A DNA stretch of 64,000 nucleotides from Hyalangium minutum. Lineage in GTDB: Bacteria; Myxococcota; Myxococcia; Myxococcales; Myxococcaceae. The translations under genes and the position numbers were made by a program. The notes under the pieces are model-generated. The model was given only the letters and a program-made list of their open reading frames with translations, made no database searches and was not told where the DNA came from. The stretch spans positions 806,001 through 870,000 of the forward strand of contig NZ_JMCB01000006.1 in assembly GCF_000737315.1 (NCBI RefSeq), read 5' to 3'. Positions 10,652 through 19,588 of this stretch are shown piece after piece; position 1 is the first letter of the stretch, and each line of letters starts with the position of its first letter.

Positions 10652-11548
10652 GTGCTGAACGCTGCCGATAAACAGAAGCGGGCACTGGGCCGAGGGCTCT
10701 CGGCCCTCATCCCGCAAGCCGCACCCGTGGCCGCCGTCCCTAATAAGGTGGCGGCCGAGTCGCCGCGCAACGGCGTGCTCAAGCTGCCCATCGAGTCCAT
10801 CCACCGCGACAGTGCGCAGCCGCGCCATCACTTCGATGAGGCCAAGCTCTCGGAGCTCACCGAGTCCATCAAGGCTCAGGGCGTGCTGCAGCCGGTGCTC
10901 GTCCGCAAGGATGGCGATGGCTACAAGCTCATCGCCGGTGAGCGGCGCTGGCGCGCGGCTCAGGCCGCCGGGCTGAAGGAAGTGCCCGCGCTGGTGCGCG
11001 AGGTGACCGAGGCCCAGGCCTTCGAGCTGGCGCTGGTGGAGAACCTCCAGCGCGCGGACCTCAACCCCATCGAAGAGGCCGAGGGCTACCAGCGCCTGCA
11101 GGACGAGTTCAAGCTCACCCAGGAGCAGATCAGCCAGCGCGTGGGCAAGGAGCGCTCCACGGTGGCCAACGCCCTGCGGCTCCTGGCCCTGCCCAAGGAT
11201 GTGAAGGAGATGGTGGCCGAGGGCTCCTTGAGCATGGGCCATGCGCGCGCGCTGCTCGGCGTGCCTCGGCTGCCCGAGCTTCAGGCGCTGGCGGCGAAGG
11301 TCGCCGAGCAGAAGCTCTCCGTTCGCGACACTGAGAAGTTGGTGCAGCAGCGCCGTGCACCTAAGAAGGAAGCAGGTCGTCCACCCAAGCAGAGCGCGCA
11401 GGCCAAGGCGCTCATCGAAGAGCTTCAGCGCCGGTTGGGAACAAAAGTGCGTCTATCGGAGAGGTCCCCAGGAAAAGGAACTTTGGAAGTGGACTTCTTC
11501 TCGTACGATGACCTGGATCGGTTGTTGAAGCTTCTCAGGAAGGAGTAG
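10652..11548 (+). CDS. parB: Chromosome partitioning protein ParB/Spo0J
   Basis: RALGRGLSALI, QPR, GVLQPVLVR, IAGERRWRAA, VENLQRADLNPIEEA, HTH. Confidence 0.97.
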   Translation: MLNAADKQKRALGRGLSALIPQAAPVAAVPNKVAAESPRNGVLKLPIESIHRDSAQPRHHFDEAKLSELTESIKAQGVLQPVLVRKDGDGYKLIAGERRWRAAQAAGLKEVPALVREVTEAQAFELALVENLQRADLNPIEEAEGYQRLQDEFKLTQEQISQRVGKERSTVANALRLLALPKDVKEMVAEGSLSMGHARALLGVPRLPELQALAAKVAEQKLSVRDTEKLVQQRRAPKKEAGRPPKQSAQAKALIEELQRRLGTKVRLSERSPGKGTLEVDFFSYDDLDRLLKLLRKE

Positions 11549-11551
11549 CGC

Positions 11552-11998
11552 GTGGCGCTCCTTGGCGGGAAAAAAGACGAAGCACCCAGCACTACCACCA
11601 GCAAGCCACTGTTCAAGCGGGAGGAGGATTTCGTGTCGACGCGTCCAGGCGACATTCACACGCTGCTCGGCAAGGGGAGCGAGTTCACCGGAAAGCTCAC
11701 CTTCGAAGGTCAGGTGCGCATCGACGGTAAGTTCAATGGGGAGATCTCCACCAAGGACACCATCGTCATCGGCGATGGTGCACGTGTGGAGGCCACCATC
11801 ACCGCGGGCACCGTCATCATCCACGGCACCGTGGTGGGCAACGTCACGGCCGCCCAGATCATCGAGCTCAAGCAACCGGGCCGCGTGAAGGGCGACCTCA
11901 CCACTCCGGCGCTCACCATCGAGCGCGGTGCCTCCTATGACGGCACCTGCAAGATGGAGGGTGGCCGGCCGCCTGCTCCGGGTGGCGACAAGAAGTAG
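11552..11998 (+). CDS. bacM: Bactofilin BacM
   Basis: MALLGGKK...TLLGKGSEFTGKLTFEGQVRIDG beta-helix; position after parB as in Myxococcus; internal SD GGAGGAGG before GTG 11633. Confidence 0.9.
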   Translation: MALLGGKKDEAPSTTTSKPLFKREEDFVSTRPGDIHTLLGKGSEFTGKLTFEGQVRIDGKFNGEISTKDTIVIGDGARVEATITAGTVIIHGTVVGNVTAAQIIELKQPGRVKGDLTTPALTIERGASYDGTCKMEGGRPPAPGGDKK

Positions 11999-12561
11999 TG
12001 TTCCACGCTCCCCACACCGTGCTCCGGGCGTCGCTGCTGGCGCTTGCTCTGCTGGCCGCTGGCTGCCCGGAGAAGAAGGAGACGCCCGCTCCCTCACCCG
12101 GGAGCGGAGCCTCCGGGGGATTCCCTGAACGTTCGACGCCTCTCCGGGCGGGGGTGAAGGTGCCCCTGCCGCAGGGCTGGTCCGCGCTCGTGGCGGCGGA
12201 CTCCAGCTTCCAAGCAGGGCCTCCTGACCACCCAGTGCTCCGCGTGGATTTCCGCCGGGGCGAGGGTGATCATCTGCCCTCGGTCGAGGCGCTCACCCGC
12301 TCGATCCGCGAGCAGTTCTCCGAGTTCCAGGTGTCGTTGGACCAGGAGGAGGGCGACGAGAACGTCACCCTGGTTCGCATCACCCTGGCCCCCAAGCTGA
12401 CGGATGGAGGGCTCGGGCCTCACGGACCTGCGCTGATTGGCGCGCGGCGTGTCGGAGAGGATCTGTTCCTCTGTGCCACGCTGCCGGGCGCCACGGGCGA
12501 AGAGGTCCGCTTGGCCACCGAGGCCTGCCGCGACATCCAGGTCCAAGCCGCGCCGCGCTGA
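11998..12561 (+). CDS. Conserved lipoprotein downstream of bacM
   Basis: Lipobox LAAGC; start overlaps bacM stop. Confidence 0.75.
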   Translation: MFHAPHTVLRASLLALALLAAGCPEKKETPAPSPGSGASGGFPERSTPLRAGVKVPLPQGWSALVAADSSFQAGPPDHPVLRVDFRRGEGDHLPSVEALTRSIREQFSEFQVSLDQEEGDENVTLVRITLAPKLTDGGLGPHGPALIGARRVGEDLFLCATLPGATGEEVRLATEACRDIQVQAAPR

Positions 12562-12636
12562 TCAGCGCCAGGTGCCGCCGCATCGCCCATCATCACGCAC
12601 TGCCACGTCGCAGGACTGGAGGCGCGTTGCGCTTCG

Positions 12637-12664
12637 TGTTGCCAGAGGCAACAGGAATGGCAAC
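12637..12664. promoter_or_regulatory. Palindromic operator candidate upstream of XRE gene
   Basis: TGTTGCC-AGA-GGCAACA (12637-12653) plus extra half-site GGCAAC (12659-12664). Confidence 0.55.
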
Positions 12665-12709
12665 TGCTGATCGTCTTGCGCGTTGTCTTTGGCGCGTTAC
12701 GTTGGCGCC

Positions 12710-13429
12710 ATGAAGGAAATCATTCCCTTCCACCAACGGCTCCAAGAACGCCTGGCCGCCCTCCAACCGCCCCGGAATCAGGCGTGGCTGGCGGAGATGG
12801 CGGGAGTGGAGCGGTCGACCATCTTCCGCCTGCTCAAGGGAGAGCGCCACCCCCGTCTGGAGCTCTTGCAGCGGCTCGCGCCGGCCCTGGGGCTCTCCGT
12901 GGACGAGCTCGTCCAGGGAACGGACGCCGAGGAGCGGGTCGCCACCGCGAGCCAGCTCATCAATCGGGAGGTCTACGACGCTGCCGTCAAGCAGCTCGCG
13001 GACTACGAGGGAAGGCTGAATGACCTGGAGGCGAAGCTGCGCGTCTCGGAGGCTTCTCTCCGTGAGGAGGAGCAGCAGCGCAGGAAGGACAGCCTTGCGC
13101 TCACGCAGGCGCGAATCGATCTGGAGCGGAGCGAGCGCGCCCTGGCGGCCACCAAGGCGCGAAACCGGCAGTTGGAGGAAGAGCTCCATCGGCACCGTGG
13201 AGCCCTCCATCAGGCCGTGGGTCGGATCTCCGTGCTCCAGGCGAAGCTCTCCCAGATGGCGAAGGCGCTGGAGGAGACCAGCGCCACGTCACGGACCGCG
13301 GCTCTCTTTGCCGGAATCGCCGCACTGACAGGAGTCGTCACCGCCGCAACCTTCCTCGGCGGGGAGAAGTCGCCCGAAGGCGACGAAGCTGAGCAGGGGA
13401 AGGCCACCAGCAAGAGGAACAGGAAATGA
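12710..13429 (+). CDS. XRE-family HTH protein with long coiled coil and C-terminal hydrophobic helix
   Basis: NQAWLAEMAGVERSTIFRLLKGERHPRLELLQRLAPALGLSVDEL; heptad-rich middle; TAALFAGIAALTGVVTAATFLGG. Confidence 0.8.
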   Translation: MKEIIPFHQRLQERLAALQPPRNQAWLAEMAGVERSTIFRLLKGERHPRLELLQRLAPALGLSVDELVQGTDAEERVATASQLINREVYDAAVKQLADYEGRLNDLEAKLRVSEASLREEEQQRRKDSLALTQARIDLERSERALAATKARNRQLEEELHRHRGALHQAVGRISVLQAKLSQMAKALEETSATSRTAALFAGIAALTGVVTAATFLGGEKSPEGDEAEQGKATSKRNRK

Positions 13430-14001
13430 ACCACTACCAGGTGCTCGGCGTGGAGGAGACGGCCTCTCAAGAGACGATCAAGTCAGCGCGCCTCAAGAAG
13501 GCGAAGGAGTTCCATCCGGACACCCACCCGGGGGATCCGGCTCTGGAGGAGAAGATGAAGCGGATCAACGAGGCCTACGAAGTCCTCGGCGATGAGGAGC
13601 GCCGGAAGAAGTACGACGCGAAGCTCGCCAAGGAGCGCGCGGTGAAGAAAGAGAGCGCAGTGCCAAAGCCGACGGGGAATCCGGCAACGGCTTCGTGGGA
13701 GCAGGTCCGGAAGTCCTGGCAGGCTCAGGCCGCTCGAAGCCCGAAGCCAACTCAGCCCCCGGTGGCTGCGCAGGGTGGACCTGTCTGGCGGAAGCCCCTT
13801 GTCGTGCCTGCCATGGTGGCGCGTCCCGCCACGAAGGCCCGCTCCTCCGACAGCGGGTGGGACTTGGACACTCTCCTCAAGGTGCTCGGCACTGCTGGGG
13901 CTGCCTTCCTCACGTACAAGGTGATCCGGAACTCGGGGAGCCGCTGGGATCCCACAGTGCAGAGGCGGCGCGGGCCCGATGGCCGGTTCCGCTCTTCTTG
14001 A
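13426..14001 (+). CDS. J-domain (DnaJ-like) protein with C-terminal hydrophobic helix
   Basis: NHYQVLGV...IKSARLKKAKEFHPD...RINEAYEVLGDEERRKKYD; ATGA overlap with upstream stop; LLKVLGTAGAAFLTYKVI. Confidence 0.85.
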   Translation: MNHYQVLGVEETASQETIKSARLKKAKEFHPDTHPGDPALEEKMKRINEAYEVLGDEERRKKYDAKLAKERAVKKESAVPKPTGNPATASWEQVRKSWQAQAARSPKPTQPPVAAQGGPVWRKPLVVPAMVARPATKARSSDSGWDLDTLLKVLGTAGAAFLTYKVIRNSGSRWDPTVQRRRGPDGRFRSS

Positions 14002-14183
14002 GGGGATCGGTTGCCTGCCCAGCGGCCAGAGGGGCTCGCCCCTCATTCGTACGAGGGTTCGTCGCTACCGCGCCTGAACCCCCGCGTGGGTGGAACCTCA
14101 CACCGGCGACCAGTGTCCCACCTGATGACAGGACCTTGAAGCGCGTTACGATGAACACACGCGAGGCCTTCACACAGTGGGGC

Positions 14184-14212
14184 TTCACGTTTGCGAAGCG
14201 AATTCATAACCT
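14184..14212 (+). promoter_or_regulatory. Putative sigma70-type promoter
   Basis: TTCACG-17 bp-TAACCT about 80 bp upstream of ORF 14292. Confidence 0.4.
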
Positions 14213-14291
14213 AGCGCTTACGTCCAAGTACTGGACTGCCGTGGTGGGCATCCCTCCCAGGTGCCCACACTTCCATGAAGGAGTGAAAGCA

Positions 14292-14432
14292 ATGGCTCTC
14301 CCCGAGTTGCTCTCCCCCGCAATCAGCATCGCAGGGGTGCTCCTGATTGGACTGATCACCGCAGCGCTCGCGGGCCGTCAGGCCCGCCCGCAGCCGGTGC
14401 CCGTCCGCCGCAACCCGCCGCGCCGCCGCTAA
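14292..14432 (+). CDS. 46-aa single-TM membrane peptide with basic tail (type I toxin-like)
   Basis: SD AAGGAG; MALPELLSPAISIAGVLLIGLITAALAGRQARPQPVPVRRNPPRRR*. Confidence 0.65.
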   Translation: MALPELLSPAISIAGVLLIGLITAALAGRQARPQPVPVRRNPPRRR

Positions 14433-14471
14433 GCCCGATTCGCGGCTCGAGCAGTCGCTGAGGGCCGCGCT

Positions 14472-15290
14472 TCAGTGCGAGTGAGCGCGCGCCAGGCGCT
14501 GAGCGGTGCGGAAGAGCTGAGAGCAGGAGTAGTCCAGAGGCGCCTCTTGGTTCTGGAGAGCATGGCGGGCCCGGAGGAAGGGCAGCCAGGCCCTGTAACC
14601 GACGATGACAGCGGCCTCTTCCAACTTCTTGCGCGGCACCCAGCGGCCGCCGAGTCCGTCCACCAAGTAGCGGCCGAGGAAGGCTCCCAGGGCGGGGACG
14701 AGCGTCTCTCGCTGTGCATGGGTCAGGCGCTTGCCCCAATGCATGTGCCACAGGTGCCAGTCGAGGTGAGGCAGGGCCTCCAGCGTGCCCTTCATGACCT
14801 GGGGCACCTCCTTTTCGAACAGGGCGACGAGCTGCTCGGCGTAGAGCCCCTCGTAGGTGTCGATGGCGGCCTGGACGCTGTCCACATCCGGCGCAGGAGC
14901 CTGGGCGGTGGGTAACCATTCCGAGACGGGAGGAGGGTGGTAGCGGTTGAGGCGCTCGACGAGGGCGCGATTGCCGCACCCGCCCTCAAACTCGGCCTCC
15001 ATGCGGAGGATGTCGGCGACGTCGGGGTCGAACTCCAGGGGGATGGGAGAGAACTCGAGCGAGCGCTGGCGCAGGGTGGCCAGGGTGGATTCCAGGGAGA
15101 GCTCGGGGCGCAGGTGGACGAGGGCGCGGGCCTGAGCGAGGCGGGACTCCTCGGAGTCGAAGTCCGCGGGCGTGGGGCGAGTGAGCCAGAGGACGGCGCC
15201 GTGGGGCAGCTCCTCCATGAGGGCTGCAGCGAGGCCAGCAGGGCCAAGAGCACCCAAGCGCACAGGCGTGGCATGCGTGGAGCCTGTCAT
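14472..15290 (-). CDS. Hypothetical protein, possibly an N-truncated member of a multicopy myxobacterial immunity-like family
   Basis: EELPHGAVL...AQARALVHLRP...LGGRWVPRKKLEEA...WLPFLRARHAL; family assignment is recollection only. Confidence 0.5.
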   Translation of the reverse strand: MTGSTHATPVRLGALGPAGLAAALMEELPHGAVLWLTRPTPADFDSEESRLAQARALVHLRPELSLESTLATLRQRSLEFSPIPLEFDPDVADILRMEAEFEGGCGNRALVERLNRYHPPPVSEWLPTAQAPAPDVDSVQAAIDTYEGLYAEQLVALFEKEVPQVMKGTLEALPHLDWHLWHMHWGKRLTHAQRETLVPALGAFLGRYLVDGLGGRWVPRKKLEEAAVIVGYRAWLPFLRARHALQNQEAPLDYSCSQLFRTAQRLARAHSH

Positions 15291-15332
15291 CGCCCCTGGG
15301 TGGGAGGAAGGACCTCTTGGCTCTCGCGGCCC

Positions 15333-16346
15333 TCAGCGCTTGAAGGAGAGCGAGAGCGCGAAGTCCTCCGCCGCGTCCGTCCACCATGAGGAGAGCTGGA
15401 GCCCCGCAGCGGCCAGCTCCGCCTCCACCTGCTCTGGACGGAACTTGCAGCTCACCTCCGTGCGCAGCACCTCGCCCTCCTCGAAGTGCGCGAAGCGCTC
15501 GAGCGCCGGCAGCCGCACCACCTGCTCCCGCAGCGAGATGAGCCGCATCTCGATCCAGCTGTGCTCCTCGTCGAAGGGTGCCAGGTGCGCGAAGGCTTCC
15601 ACGTCGAAGTCCGCCCCCAGCTCGCGGTTCAGCACCCGCAGCACGTTGCGGTTGAACTCGGCCGTCACCCCCGCCCGGTCGTTGTAGGCCGCGAAGAGGC
15701 GATCCCTGCACTTGATCAGGTCCGTGCCCAGCAGCAGCCCGTCGCCTGGCTCCAAGCCCTCGGCCACCTCGCGGAAGAAGTGTGCGCGCTGCTCCGGCTT
15801 GAAGTTGCCGATGGTGCCCCCCAGGAAGGCCACCAGCCTTCGCCCTCCGCGCGGAAGGCGTCCCAGGTGGCGCTCGAAGTCTCCCACCACCGCGTGCACG
15901 GACACTCGCGGGTACTGCCGCGCGAGCCGCTCCGCCGCGCTCCGCAGGAAGGCCTCGCTCACGTCGAACGGCACGAAGCGCCGCAGCTGCCCCGCCTCCT
16001 GGAACGCGTCCAGCAACAGCCGTGTCTTCTCGCTCGTGCCGCTGCCGAGCTCGATGAGCGTGTCCGCGCCGCTCACCCGGGCGATCTCCGCCGCGCGCGC
16101 CTCGAGGATCTCCCGCTCGCGCCGCGTGGGGTAGTACTCGGGCAGCCGGGTGATGTCGTCGAAGAGCTGGCTGCCGCGCTCGTCATAGAGCCACTTCGGC
16201 GACAGCTCCTTGGGGCGCCCGCACAGCCCCGCCTCCGCTTCCTCGCAGAGCGCTCGCCGCGCGTCTCCCGGACGCACGTGCACGTCCACGGTGACCGGCT
16301 GCTGCCGCGTGACTCCTGTCCTCTGCTCCCTCCACAGGTAGATCAA
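15333..16346 (-). CDS. egtD: L-histidine N-alpha-methyltransferase EgtD
   Basis: PKELSPKWLYDERGSQLFDDITRLPEYYPTR, IELGSGTSEKT, FLGGTIGN, AYND..GVTAEFNRN; start approximate. Confidence 0.93.
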   Translation of the reverse strand: MIYLWREQRTGVTRQQPVTVDVHVRPGDARRALCEEAEAGLCGRPKELSPKWLYDERGSQLFDDITRLPEYYPTRREREILEARAAEIARVSGADTLIELGSGTSEKTRLLLDAFQEAGQLRRFVPFDVSEAFLRSAAERLARQYPRVSVHAVVGDFERHLGRLPRGGRRLVAFLGGTIGNFKPEQRAHFFREVAEGLEPGDGLLLGTDLIKCRDRLFAAYNDRAGVTAEFNRNVLRVLNRELGADFDVEAFAHLAPFDEEHSWIEMRLISLREQVVRLPALERFAHFEEGEVLRTEVSCKFRPEQVEAELAAAGLQLSSWWTDAAEDFALSLSFKR

Positions 16347-17674
16347 TTCGCGTCCCTCGCACAGCGGAAGCCGGCGAAGATCTGCCGGCGGATCGGGTAG
16401 TCCCAGTTGCGGAAACTGTTGCGCACGGCCACCGGGGCGCTCGCCCACGCGCCGCCTCGCAGCACCTTGTAGTCACTGCCGAAAAACACCTCCGAGTACT
16501 CGCGGTAGGGGAAGGCTCGGAAGCCCGCGTAGCCGCCGAAGTCGCTCGCCGTCCATTCCCACACGTCCCCGAGCAGCCCCCACACGCCGTCCGCACTCCG
16601 GCCCTCGGGGAATGCACCCACCGGCGCTGGGCCCCAGGTGTCTCCGCCCAGGTTCGCGTGCGCCGCCGTGGGCGCCGTGTGGCCCCAGGGGTGCTCGCGC
16701 GGCGTGCCGTCGCTGCCCACCGCGGCCTTCTCCCACTCGGCCTCCGTGGGCAGGCGCTTGCCGGCCCAGCGCGCGTACGCGTCCGCCTCGTACCAGCTCA
16801 CGTGCTGCACGGGCTCGTCCTTGGGCAGCGCCTCCACCCAGCCGAAGCGCCGCCGCAGCCACACGTGCTGGCCCTGCGGCAGCCAGAAGAGGGGATGCGC
16901 CAGCCTCTCGGCCTGCACGTACGCCCAGCCCTTCGGGTGCCACCACCGCGGATCCTCGTAGCCGCCCGCCTCCACGAACACGAGGTAGTCCCCGTTCGTC
17001 ACCGGGTGCGCATCGAGAAAGAACGGCGCCACGTCCACCGTGTGCACGGGGCGCTCGTTGTCGTACGCCCAGGCCCCGTCACTGCCCAGGCTCACCGGTC
17101 CGCCCGAGATCAGCACCTCGTGCTGCGGCACGGCACCGGGGCGGGGACGCTCGCGCGCGGCCGGGCGGTACTCGAACGTCGTCATCAGCTGCAGCGTGGC
17201 GGCGAGCGTCTCCGCGTGCTGCTGCTCGTGCTGCGCCACCATGCCGAACACGAAGCCGTCTCTCAGCAGCGGCTCGGGCGAGTCCTCCGGCACCGTGTCC
17301 AGGTGCTCGCGCACGGCCTCGCGCACGCGCGCGGCGTACGCGAAGGCTTCAGCGGGAGCCAGCAATGGCAGCTGGGAGCGGGTGCGGCGCGGGTGCTGGA
17401 AGGCGTCGTAGATGGCGTCGAAGGACGGATCCGTGAGGGCCTTGCCTCCGAGCGAACGCAGCAGCCACTGCTCCTCGTAGTTGGCCACGTGCGCCACGTC
17501 CCAGACGAGCGGCGACATCAGCGGCGAGTGCTGACGCACCAGCTCCGGCTCCGGCAAGCCGGCCAGCATGCCCAGCGTCCGGGCCCGCGCGGTCTCCAGC
17601 TCCCGCAGGGCACGAGCCTTCCACGGGCCTCCTGTGACATGCCTCGCTCTCGCCACGCTGCCGCCGCCTGACAT
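16343..17674 (-). CDS. egtB: Ergothioneine sulfoxide synthase EgtB (DinB_2 + FGE-sulfatase)
   Basis: QHSPLMSPLVWDVAH, iron motif QHEQQH, PVQHVSWYEA, LPTEAEWEKAA, VLRGGAW, GFRCA. Confidence 0.93.
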   Translation of the reverse strand: MSGGGSVARARHVTGGPWKARALRELETARARTLGMLAGLPEPELVRQHSPLMSPLVWDVAHVANYEEQWLLRSLGGKALTDPSFDAIYDAFQHPRRTRSQLPLLAPAEAFAYAARVREAVREHLDTVPEDSPEPLLRDGFVFGMVAQHEQQHAETLAATLQLMTTFEYRPAARERPRPGAVPQHEVLISGGPVSLGSDGAWAYDNERPVHTVDVAPFFLDAHPVTNGDYLVFVEAGGYEDPRWWHPKGWAYVQAERLAHPLFWLPQGQHVWLRRRFGWVEALPKDEPVQHVSWYEADAYARWAGKRLPTEAEWEKAAVGSDGTPREHPWGHTAPTAAHANLGGDTWGPAPVGAFPEGRSADGVWGLLGDVWEWTASDFGGYAGFRAFPYREYSEVFFGSDYKVLRGGAWASAPVAVRNSFRNWDYPIRRQIFAGFRCARDAN

Positions 17675-17884
17675 AGCCCCTCCCAAGTTAGGGAGGCCGA
17701 TCCGGATTGGCAGCGCCTCGGACTGCTGGGCTGCCCTGTGCCGGATACTTCCTTCGGCTTCGCCCCGAGGGGCGCTCCGAGGCCTCCTGCCCTCTTGCGT
17801 TGCTTCCGCCAGAGAGAACCTGTCAGGGAGGAGGTTTGAATGCAAACGATTAGACGGGGGAGACGGGCGTCTTCCCGGGACCGC

Positions 17885-18538
17885 TCACTCCTTGACGATC
17901 TTCACGTTGAAGTACGGCGTCTTCAGCGCGCCCCACAGGCGCAGCCACAGGGGCAGATAGGACTCCGTGCCGCGCGCGGTGGTGATGTCGCCCAGGTCCA
18001 CCAGCTCCTTCCAGCCGAACTGCGTCTTGAGGAACTCGCCCACTTTGGCCTTGGCCGCCGTGTCGTTGCCGCTGATGAACATCACATGGTCCCCCCCGCC
18101 AATCCTCCCGGGGTTCACCATGATCTCCGCCGTCACCGTGTTCAGCGTCTTGATGACGTGGGTCTCCGGGAACGCCGCCTGGAGGCGCTCGCCCAGCGAG
18201 TCCGTGTTCCCCGCGAACAGCGTGGGCGGCATGCCCTTGGAGAAGTCCAGCGGGTTGGAGATGTCGATGAGGATCTTCCCCTTGAGGCTGCCCGCCCCGG
18301 CCGCGTTCAGCGCGTCCAGCGCTCCCGCGCCCGAGGTGCAGTTGAAGATCAGCTCGCCGAACCCCGCCGCGTCCGCGAACGTGCCCTGAGAGGCCTTGGC
18401 GCCCGCCTTCTTCGCCCACGCCACCGCCTTCTCGTTGTTCGCCGTGCGCGAGCCCATCTTCACCTCGTGGCCCAGCGCCACGAGCTTGGTGCCAATCGTC
18501 GCGCCCACCATGCCGGTACCGAAGACTCCGATCTTCAT
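17885..18538 (-). CDS. NADPH-dependent F420 reductase-like oxidoreductase
   Basis: GTGMVG Rossmann motif, LIDISNPL, VIKTLNT, DLGDITTAR. Confidence 0.88.
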   Translation of the reverse strand: MKIGVFGTGMVGATIGTKLVALGHEVKMGSRTANNEKAVAWAKKAGAKASQGTFADAAGFGELIFNCTSGAGALDALNAAGAGSLKGKILIDISNPLDFSKGMPPTLFAGNTDSLGERLQAAFPETHVIKTLNTVTAEIMVNPGRIGGGDHVMFISGNDTAAKAKVGEFLKTQFGWKELVDLGDITTARGTESYLPLWLRLWGALKTPYFNVKIVKE

Positions 18539-18590
18539 CGCGTGCTCCTCCGTGAATGCGTGCGAGGAGAAAAGTACCGGAGCACCCCCA

Positions 18591-18638
18591 GGTTGAGAAT
18601 CACCCGCCCGCTCAACCTTCCGTCAACTTCCGGTTAAC
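18591..18638. promoter_or_regulatory. Inverted repeats in divergent LysR promoter region
   Basis: GGTTGAG-N13-CTCAACC (18591-18617) and GTCAAC-N5-GTTAAC (18622-18638). Confidence 0.4.
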
Positions 18639-18647
18639 AATGCAGGC

Positions 18648-19544
18648 ATGGACCTGTTCTCCGGAGTGCTCCCTTTCCTCCACACCGCGGAGGAGCGCAG
18701 CTTCCGCAAAGCCGCCGCGCAGCTCGGGGTGACGACGGCCGCCGTCAGCAAGGCCGTGGCCCGGCTCGAGGCGGACCTAGGCATCACCTTGCTCCACCGC
18801 ACCTCGCGCCACGTCTCCCTCACCCCCGAGGGCGCCACCTTCTTGGAGCACTGCCGCGAGGCGGTGACGCGGCTGCAGGCCGGGCGCGAGCTGCTCGCCC
18901 AGGCCCAGAAGGTCGCCGAGGGCGAGCTCAAGGTCTCCATGCCCCTCATCCTCGGCCGCGTGGTGGTGCCCGAGCTGGGGCGCCTGTCCGCCCGCCACCC
19001 GCGCCTGTCCTTCAACCTGTCGCTCACGGATCGCTTCTCGCGCTTGGCCGAGGAGAGTGTGGATGTCGCAGTCCGCATCGGCGAGCTGGAGGACTCGAGC
19101 CTCGTCTCGCGCACCCTGCGCGTGCCGCAGTGGGTGACGGTGGCCTCGCCCGCGTACCTCGGCCGCAGCGGCACGCCCCGTCATTACAAGGAGCTGGAGC
19201 GCCACGCGTGTCTGAAGTTCGTCACGCCCGCGGGCATCTCGCGCGAGTGGGAGTTCCGCGATCGCCGCGAGGCCCGCCCCCGCACGGTGCGGACGCCGGA
19301 CTCGTTCCGAATCGATCACGGAGAGCTGTTGGTGGAGGCCGCCGTGTCGGGGCTCGGCATCTGCCAGGCCTTCGACTTCATGGTGACCGAGCACCTGCGC
19401 GCCGGGCGGCTCGTGGAGGTGCTGGCGCCCTACGCCGCGGAGGGTCCGCCCATCCGCGCCCTGTGCCTGCCCCGGCGCCAGTCCACGCCGCGCGTCCGGG
19501 TGTTCCTCGACTTCCTTCAGCAGGTGCTGCGGCGCGAGCGCTGA
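18648..19544 (+). CDS. LysR-family transcriptional regulator
   Basis: SFRKAAAQLGVTTAAVSKAVARLE...LLHRTSRHVSLTPEG; divergent from oxidoreductase. Confidence 0.95.
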   Translation: MDLFSGVLPFLHTAEERSFRKAAAQLGVTTAAVSKAVARLEADLGITLLHRTSRHVSLTPEGATFLEHCREAVTRLQAGRELLAQAQKVAEGELKVSMPLILGRVVVPELGRLSARHPRLSFNLSLTDRFSRLAEESVDVAVRIGELEDSSLVSRTLRVPQWVTVASPAYLGRSGTPRHYKELERHACLKFVTPAGISREWEFRDRREARPRTVRTPDSFRIDHGELLVEAAVSGLGICQAFDFMVTEHLRAGRLVEVLAPYAAEGPPIRALCLPRRQSTPRVRVFLDFLQQVLRRER

Positions 19545-19588
19545 GCCCCGCCGGCCCGGGGTTCTCGCGCCCGAGCGGAGGCGGTGGG

